Part shown: piece by piece, positions 58,570 to 64,000 of the stretch
Position numbering within the stretch: position 1 is the first letter of the stretch
Layout: every line of letters starts with the position of its first letter
Assembly: GCA_036558745.1 (NCBI GenBank)
Contig: DATBEZ010000003.1
Span: 196,352-260,351 of the forward strand
DNA from: Acidimicrobiia bacterium
GTDB taxonomy: Bacteria > Actinomycetota > Acidimicrobiia > IMCC26256 > JAMXLJ01
Direction of reading: 5' to 3'
Length of the DNA stretch: 64,000 nucleotides
Program-made: the position numbers and the translations under genes
The notes under the pieces: generated by a model
Databases searched by the model: none
The model's input: the letters and a program-made list of their open reading frames with translations, nothing else
What the model was told of the DNA's origin: nothing

Positions 58570-59946
58570 ATGGCAGACGGCACTGGTACCGAGCCGCGGC
58601 GAGACACCGAGGTCGAGACCCTCCAAGCGGAGCTGGACGCCGAGCGGAAGCACGCCGCCGACCTCGAGGCCCGCAACGCCGCCCTCCAAGGCCGCGACCC
58701 CGCGAAGAACGGCAGCGACGGGACCAAGCGGGCTCGGCGAGGCCACCGCTGGTTGGTCGCCCTCCTCCTCGTGCTGGGCTTCATCCTCACCCCGATCACG
58801 ATCGTGGTGCTCTTCGCGCACACCGAGCTCACGGACACCGGGCGCTATGTCTCGACGATCAAGCCGCTTGCGAGCGACCCGGCGGTCCAGGCCTACGCCG
58901 CCGATCAGATCACGACGAACCTCTTCGACCAGGTCGATGTCAACGCGTACGTCAAGGACGCGTTGCCGGACCGGGCCCAGGCGCTCGCCGGCCCGCTCAC
59001 GAGCGCGCTCCGGAGCTTCACCCACGAAGCCGCGCTGCGGCTGCTGGAGAGCAAGGAGTTCCAGACCCTCTGGGTCGAGGCGAACCGGGCCGCGCACAGC
59101 CAGATCAACGACATCCTGAGCGGCAGGAAGGGCGGTGGCGCCATCAGCGCCAACACCAACGGCGCCATCACCCTCGACCTCTCCAAGCTCGCGCAGCGGG
59201 TCAAGCAGCGGCTGGAGGACACGGGCATCGGCGTGTTCTCCAAGATCCCGGCCGACAAGGTCTCGGGCAAGATAACGATCTTCCAGGCGCGGAACCTCTA
59301 CAAGGCCCGCCGCGGCCTTCAGGCCCTGAACCGGCTCGCGTTCGTGTTGCCCTTCCTGGTGTTCGCGTGCTTCGGCGGCGCCATCTTCCTGTCCCGGAAC
59401 CGCCGCCGCGGCTTCATTAAAGCCGCCGTCGTGTTCACGCTGGGTGCCGCGCTTCTCGCGGTGGTCCTCGCCATCACGCGGGGCCTCTACTTGGACAGTG
59501 CCGTCAACAATGGCATCCCCCACGACGCGGCCGCGTCGGTCTACGACAACTTGATCCGGCTGTTGCAGACCTCGATGCGCAGCATCCTTGCGTTCAGCAT
59601 CGTGGTCGTCGTGGTGGCCGTGCTCGCCGGGCCGTCACGGCTGGCCGTGTGGTTCCGGGCCGAGATGCGCGCCGCCGCGAGCTGGTTGGGCCGACAGAGC
59701 GACGCCGCAGGCTGGAGCGCGTTGGGCCCCAGCGGGTTCGTCGTCGCCCACAAGGCCGGCATGCGGATCGCGGTCGCCGTCATCGGCTTCGCCGTCCTGT
59801 TCCTCTGGAACCGGCCGACCCCCATGGTCGTCGTGTGGCTCGGGGTGCTGGCGTTGCTGGCGCTCGCGCTGATCGAGTTCTTCGGACGTGAGCGCAGCGC
59901 GCCTGCGGTGGGCACCGCCCCACCCGCCGTCAGCGCCCCCGCCTAG
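58570..59946 (+). CDS. integral membrane protein, hypothetical (coiled N-terminus, large loop, multi-TM C-terminal half)
   Basis: In frame of ORF 58513..59946. ATG 58570 follows GGAGG. WLVALLLVLGFILTPITIVVLFA and several later TM helices. Confidence 0.7.
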   Translation: MADGTGTEPRRDTEVETLQAELDAERKHAADLEARNAALQGRDPAKNGSDGTKRARRGHRWLVALLLVLGFILTPITIVVLFAHTELTDTGRYVSTIKPLASDPAVQAYAADQITTNLFDQVDVNAYVKDALPDRAQALAGPLTSALRSFTHEAALRLLESKEFQTLWVEANRAAHSQINDILSGRKGGGAISANTNGAITLDLSKLAQRVKQRLEDTGIGVFSKIPADKVSGKITIFQARNLYKARRGLQALNRLAFVLPFLVFACFGGAIFLSRNRRRGFIKAAVVFTLGAALLAVVLAITRGLYLDSAVNNGIPHDAAASVYDNLIRLLQTSMRSILAFSIVVVVVAVLAGPSRLAVWFRAEMRAAASWLGRQSDAAGWSALGPSGFVVAHKAGMRIAVAVIGFAVLFLWNRPTPMVVVWLGVLALLALALIEFFGRERSAPAVGTAPPAVSAPA

Positions 59947-60001
59947 CTCGAGCCCCGCTCGGCCGACCGCGGTTCGCGTTCGCGGAAGCTCCCCTCGTCA
60001 C

Positions 60002-60019
60002 TCACCCACAGTGGGGTGA
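60002..60019. promoter_or_regulatory. palindrome copy 8: TCACCCacagtgGGGTGA (6-nt spacer)
   Basis: Arms are extendable to CTCACCC/GGGTGAG. Lies 95 nt upstream of the LAL-3/SulP unit and 56 nt after the upstream membrane-protein stop. Confidence 0.55.
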
Positions 60020-60113
60020 GGCGGGATCACCCTGACCCGGCGCATGCTGCGGACGGGAGCGGTGAAGGGGCGCGGGGCACCGTGTCCCGGCGGCGAACGA
60101 AAGGCGGACCGGG

Positions 60114-62327
60114 GTGGTGACGGTCGTACCAGATCGCTTCCGTGCAGGCACGGCGCGGCAGCCTTGGAAGACGTCCCGGGCGGAGGTCCCGCGATCTCTG
60201 CTCATCGAGCGGCTCGTCGCCGCCGGCGACCGTCTCGTCGCGGTCGCCGCTCCCGCGGGCTACGGGAAGACGACGCTGCTCCGGCAGTGGGCCGAGGCCG
60301 ACGAACGGCCCTTCGCGTGGGTCGCGGCCGACGGCACGAGCAACGACCCGCGCGCATTGCTCCTCGCGATCATGCGCGCGCTCGATGACCTCGACCCGTT
60401 CGGACACCATGCGGTGTCGTCGCTCGATGGCGCGGAGACCCAGACCGTCGCGTCGGTCCTCCACATGGGCGCGGTCCTCGCGACCCTCGGCACGCCGTGC
60501 GTGCTGGTCATCGACGACGTTCACCATCTCGTGTCACCTCACGCGCTGCTCGTCGTCTCCGAGGTGTCGCGTGCGCTGCCGTCGGGCAGCCGTCTCGTGC
60601 TGAGCGGGCGCTGCGACGCGACGCTCGATCTGGAGTTGCTCCCGGGCCATGTCTTCGCGCGACCGCTCCGCGTCGGCGCGTCGGATCTCGCGTTCGACGC
60701 GACGGAGGGTGAGCTGTTGCTCGGCGCGACGGGTGTTCTGCTGGACGCGGGCGAGCTCGAGACCGTCATGAGGCGCACCGAGGGATGGCCGACCGCTCTC
60801 GCGATCGCCGCGATGTCGCTCGACGACGACAACAGCGTCGACGACTTCGACGGCGGCGACCGTCGCATCGTCGACTACGTCGATCGTGCCGTGCTCGATC
60901 AGCTCGAGCCGACCATCGTCGACTTCCTGCTCCAGACCGCCGTGCTCGAGGAGCTCACGCCGTCGTTGTGCGACGCGGTGAGCGAGCGTGACGACTCCGC
61001 CCAGTTGTTGGAGCGTCTGCATCGGGCCAACCTGTTCGTCGTCCCTCTCGACTCCCGGGCCGAGCGCTTCCGCTACCACCGCTTGTTCCGAGAGGCGCTG
61101 CAGCACGAGCTGCACCGTCGGGATCCGCTCGCCGAGCAACCTCTGCACCGGCGCGCGAGCGGCTGGTACACGGCGCACGGGCGGCTGGAGCCCGCGATCC
61201 GGCACTCGATCGCCGCGTCCGACGACGAGCATGCGGCCTGGTTGGTCTGGCAGAACGCGCCGACGTGCATCACGCGCGGTCAGGTTGCGACGTTGCAGCA
61301 CTGGTTGGACGCGTTCGGCGAGGACCAGACCGCCGGCCACCCGTTGCTGGCCCTGACCGCCGCATCGGTCGACGCGGTCGAGGGCCGTGCCGACGAGGCG
61401 ACGCACTGGTTGTGGGTGGCACAGCACTCGGCGTCGGCCGTCGACTACGCGACCGACGAGGACGTCGAGGCCCATGCGCTCCTGCTGAGGTCGTTGCTGT
61501 CCGAGCACGGTCTCGCGGCGATGCAGGCGGACGCGACCCGCGCCTTCGAGCTGGATCGCGACGCCAGTCCGTGGCGCGCGCTCGCCGGGCTGTACCTCGG
61601 CGTCACGCACCACCTCGCCGGGGACGACGACGCGGCGCGGCGCGCGCTCGAAGACGCGCTCGTCCGCTCTGCCGTCCTGTGGCCGAGCGTGCACGCGAAC
61701 TGCCTCGCGGAGCTCGCATTGCTCGACGCCGAGAGCGGCGCCTGGGAGCGCGCCGCGGAACGGGCCGATCTCGCGCAGCAGTGCGTCGCGAAGCGGCGGC
61801 TCGACGACCACGCGCCGGTGGCGATCGTTCCCGCGGTGGCGGCCCTGACGCTCGTGCACCGGCGCGAGGCCCGCAGCGCGCGGGAGTGCTTGGGTCACGG
61901 CCAGCGACTGGTGAGATCGCTTGGTCGCGTCGCGCCCGCGCTGCGGGCCGAGACGCTCACGGTGCTCGCGCGCGCCGCGCTCCTGTCGGGCGACACGGCG
62001 ATGACGAAGGAATTGCTGCGAGAGCTCCGTCCCCTCGTCGCGGCGATGCCGGAAGCCGTCGCGCTGCGCACGCGCGTCGACGAGCTCGACGTCGACCTGG
62101 AAGTGGTCGCAGACACGATCGTGGGGCCGCTCGCGCTCACGGCCGCCGAGCTGCGCGTGCTCGGGTACCTCCCGATGCACCTGTCGATGGCCGAGATCGC
62201 CGAGAAGCTCTACGTCTCGCGCAACACCGTGAAGTCGCAGGCGATCGCGATCTACCGCAAGCTCGCGGTCTCGTCACGCGGGGCCGCGGTCAGCCGGGCA
62301 CGCGAGCTCGGCCTCCTCGACACCTGA
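60114..62327 (+). CDS. LAL-family (MalT-like STAND + LuxR HTH) transcriptional regulator, copy 3
   Basis: ORF 60114..62327 (GTG). Walker A APAGYGKTT, Walker B CVLVIDDVHHL, EGWPTALAIAAM. HTH: LTAAELRVLGYLPMHLSMAEIAEKLYVSRNTVKSQAIAIYRKLAV. Confidence 0.9.
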   Translation: MVTVVPDRFRAGTARQPWKTSRAEVPRSLLIERLVAAGDRLVAVAAPAGYGKTTLLRQWAEADERPFAWVAADGTSNDPRALLLAIMRALDDLDPFGHHAVSSLDGAETQTVASVLHMGAVLATLGTPCVLVIDDVHHLVSPHALLVVSEVSRALPSGSRLVLSGRCDATLDLELLPGHVFARPLRVGASDLAFDATEGELLLGATGVLLDAGELETVMRRTEGWPTALAIAAMSLDDDNSVDDFDGGDRRIVDYVDRAVLDQLEPTIVDFLLQTAVLEELTPSLCDAVSERDDSAQLLERLHRANLFVVPLDSRAERFRYHRLFREALQHELHRRDPLAEQPLHRRASGWYTAHGRLEPAIRHSIAASDDEHAAWLVWQNAPTCITRGQVATLQHWLDAFGEDQTAGHPLLALTAASVDAVEGRADEATHWLWVAQHSASAVDYATDEDVEAHALLLRSLLSEHGLAAMQADATRAFELDRDASPWRALAGLYLGVTHHLAGDDDAARRALEDALVRSAVLWPSVHANCLAELALLDAESGAWERAAERADLAQQCVAKRRLDDHAPVAIVPAVAALTLVHRREARSARECLGHGQRLVRSLGRVAPALRAETLTVLARAALLSGDTAMTKELLRELRPLVAAMPEAVALRTRVDELDVDLEVVADTIVGPLALTAAELRVLGYLPMHLSMAEIAEKLYVSRNTVKSQAIAIYRKLAVSSRGAAVSRARELGLLDT

Positions 62328-62330
62328 GCC

Positions 62331-64000
62331 GTGGCCGAACCCGTCCGCGGGATCGAGCGCTGGATCCCGGGCGTCACGAGCCTCGCGACGTACCGGCGCG
62401 GGTGGCTCCGGTCCGACGTCGTCGCCGGGATCGTGCTCGCCGCGATCCTCATCCCGCAGGGGATGGCCTACGCGGAGCTCGCGGGGCTCCCGGCAGTCAC
62501 CGGGTTGTACACGACGGTCGCCTGTCTCGTCGGCTACGCGCTGTTCGGCCCGTCGCGGGTGCTCGTGCTCGGCCCGGACTCCTCCGTGGGACCGCTGATC
62601 CTCGTCGCGATCACACCGTTGCTCGTCACCAACGATCCGAAGAGCGCGGTCGCGCTCGCGGGCGTGCTCGCGCTGCTGGTCGGGCTCATCGAGATCGGCC
62701 TCGGCGTCGCCAAGCTCGGGTTCGTCGCCGACCTCCTCTCGATCGAGATCCAGGTCGGCTACATGAACGGCCTCGCGATCACGATCATCGTCGGGCAGCT
62801 CCCGAAGCTGTTCGGGTTCTCGACCGATGCCACGTCGTTTCTCGGCGACGTCCGCGCGTTCTTCGGCTCGCTCGACGAGACGTCCGCGGTCACGCTCACG
62901 GTCGGCCTCGCGGTGCTGGCAACGTTGCTGGTGCTGCCCCACTTCACGCGGCGGGTTCCGGCGGTGCTCGTCGCGGTCGTCGGTGCAACCGTCGTGTCGG
63001 CGGTGTTCGACCTTGCGGCGCACGGCGTCGCCACGGTCGGATCGCTGCCCAGCGGCCTGCCCCGGCCCTCCTTCCCGTGGACGAACGCGAAGGACGCCCT
63101 CGAGCTGCTCGCGGCTGCGGCCGGGATCACGCTCGTCTCGCTGACCGACACGATCGCGACGGCGGCCAGCTTCGCGGCGCGTCGTGGGGAGGAGGTTCAC
63201 CCGAACCAGGAGATGATCGGCATCGGCGCCGCCAACATCGCAGCCTCGTTCTTCCAGGGCTTCGCGGTGTCGACGAGCGGATCGCGCACGGCCGTCGCGG
63301 AGCAGTCGGGTGCGAAGAGTCAGGTCACCGGTCTGGTCGGGGCGGGACTGGTGGTGATCCTGCTGCTCTTCCTCAATTCACTGCTCGCCGACCTTCCCCA
63401 GACCGTGCTCGCCGCGGTCGTCATCGCCGCCGCCCTCTCCCTGGCCAACCTCGCCGCGATACGGAGGTACTACGCCGTCCGCAAGAGCGCGTTCGTGCTC
63501 TCGCTCGTCGCGACGCTGGGCGTCGTGCTCTTCGGTGTGCTCGAAGGGATCGGCATCGCGGTCGGGCTCGCCGTGCTGCTGGTGTTCCAACGGAATTGGC
63601 GTGCGCACAGTGCCGTCCTCGGCCAGGTTGAAGGGATCGAGGGCTGGCACGACGTCGAGCGCTTCCCGCATGCGGCGCAACCGCCGCGCATCGTGGTGTA
63701 CCGGTGGGAGGCACCACTGTTCTTCGCCAACGCCGGTGCGTTCCGGGAGGAGGTGTTGAGCATCGCTCGCGAGCGCAAGCCCGACTGGGTCGTCGTCCAC
63801 TGCGAGGCCGTGACCGACGTGGACGTGACCGCGGCGGAGATGCTCGAAGACCTCGACAAGGACCTCAACGCCAACGGGATCCACATGGCCTTCGCAGGCA
63901 TGCGGACGCGTCTCCAGGATCTCATCGTGCGCTACGGCCTGTTCGAGACGCTCGATCGCGACCACTTCTACCCGACGCTGGACGCGGCGCTCGACGCGAT
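62331..64000 (+). CDS. SulP-family anion transporter with a C-terminal STAS domain, 3' end outside window
   Basis: Absent from the ORF track because there is no stop in the window. My translation from GTG 62331, 3 nt after the LAL-3 stop, reads VAEPVRGIERWIPGVTSLATYRRGWLRSDVVAGIVLAAILIPQGMAYAELAGLPAVTGLYTT...VGYMNGLAITIIVGQLPKLFG...; late VVYRWEAPLFFANAGAFRE is STAS. Confidence 0.85.
   Translation, partial: MAEPVRGIERWIPGVTSLATYRRGWLRSDVVAGIVLAAILIPQGMAYAELAGLPAVTGLYTTVACLVGYALFGPSRVLVLGPDSSVGPLILVAITPLLVTNDPKSAVALAGVLALLVGLIEIGLGVAKLGFVADLLSIEIQVGYMNGLAITIIVGQLPKLFGFSTDATSFLGDVRAFFGSLDETSAVTLTVGLAVLATLLVLPHFTRRVPAVLVAVVGATVVSAVFDLAAHGVATVGSLPSGLPRPSFPWTNAKDALELLAAAAGITLVSLTDTIATAASFAARRGEEVHPNQEMIGIGAANIAASFFQGFAVSTSGSRTAVAEQSGAKSQVTGLVGAGLVVILLLFLNSLLADLPQTVLAAVVIAAALSLANLAAIRRYYAVRKSAFVLSLVATLGVVLFGVLEGIGIAVGLAVLLVFQRNWRAHSAVLGQVEGIEGWHDVERFPHAAQPPRIVVYRWEAPLFFANAGAFREEVLSIARERKPDWVVVHCEAVTDVDVTAAEMLEDLDKDLNANGIHMAFAGMRTRLQDLIVRYGLFETLDRDHFYPTLDAALDA

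Noticed and set aside
60013-60021. GGGGTGAGG next to LAL-3 looks a little like the E. coli MalT box GGGGA(T/G)GAGG
   Set aside because: It is one base shorter and is seen in only one copy. The conserved element here is clearly the palindrome. The similarity is too weak to use.
1-64000. Search for tRNA, rRNA, IS elements, integrases, prophage or defence-system genes
   Set aside because: None recognised by eye. I found no tRNA-like T-arm motifs in the gaps, no transposase or integrase motifs in any frame, and no obvious compositional island. tRNAscan, ISfinder and DefenseFinder would be the decisive checks.

Overview
The window is a very GC-rich, Actinomycetota-style chromosomal segment (GC judged by eye, not computed). 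It is densely coding, with about 64 genes supported by recognisable motifs, GC3 saturation, RBS placement and start/stop coupling. I saw no rRNA, tRNA, CRISPR array, transposase or integrase. Most long ORFs in the six-frame track are Arg/Pro/Gly/Ala-rich shadows of genes on the opposite strand. The track uses ATG, GTG and TTG starts, so I shortened several starts to RBS-supported codons. Content by region: 1-10.5 kb holds accessory redox enzymes (LLM/F420, OYE, MOSC, DDN-like, TauD) plus a large SARP/AfsR-type STAND regulator and a small module beside it. 10.7-23.9 kb holds a PAS-LuxR regulator, ApbE, CYTH-CHAD, a phosphotransferase/acyl-CoA synthetase/DUF triad, CsbD, an SDR and other genes. 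24-39.7 kb holds DUF4118, an APC permease fused to an OB-fold, hydrolases, three TetR regulators with visible operators, GH43, an FAD monooxygenase, MBL, TatA, a STAS protein and a DrrAB-like ABC pump. 39.7-64 kb is a block with three paralogous LAL (MalT/LuxR-type) regulators, a K+ channel, an RDD protein, a DAGK-like kinase, MFS, GH15, PPK2, SHOCT proteins, DUF2252 and SulP. Two observations stand out, both read directly from the DNA. (1) A 17-bp palindrome, TCACCC-N5-GGGTGA, occurs eight times. Every copy is intergenic, and together they sit at most of the promoter-bearing gaps of the 39.7-64 kb block. This suggests an undescribed local regulon, probably run by the three LAL regulators. (2) A promoter-like cassette occurs three times within 2.8 kb next to the SARP gene. 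It consists of two CGTTTAC heptamers 11 bp apart followed 10 nt later by TAGAAC or TACCAC, which is textbook SARP-box geometry. The three copies frame a small protein with a papain-like peptidase, and a hypothetical protein with an SRPBCC protein. All family calls come from motif recognition by eye. No BLAST or HMM search was possible.
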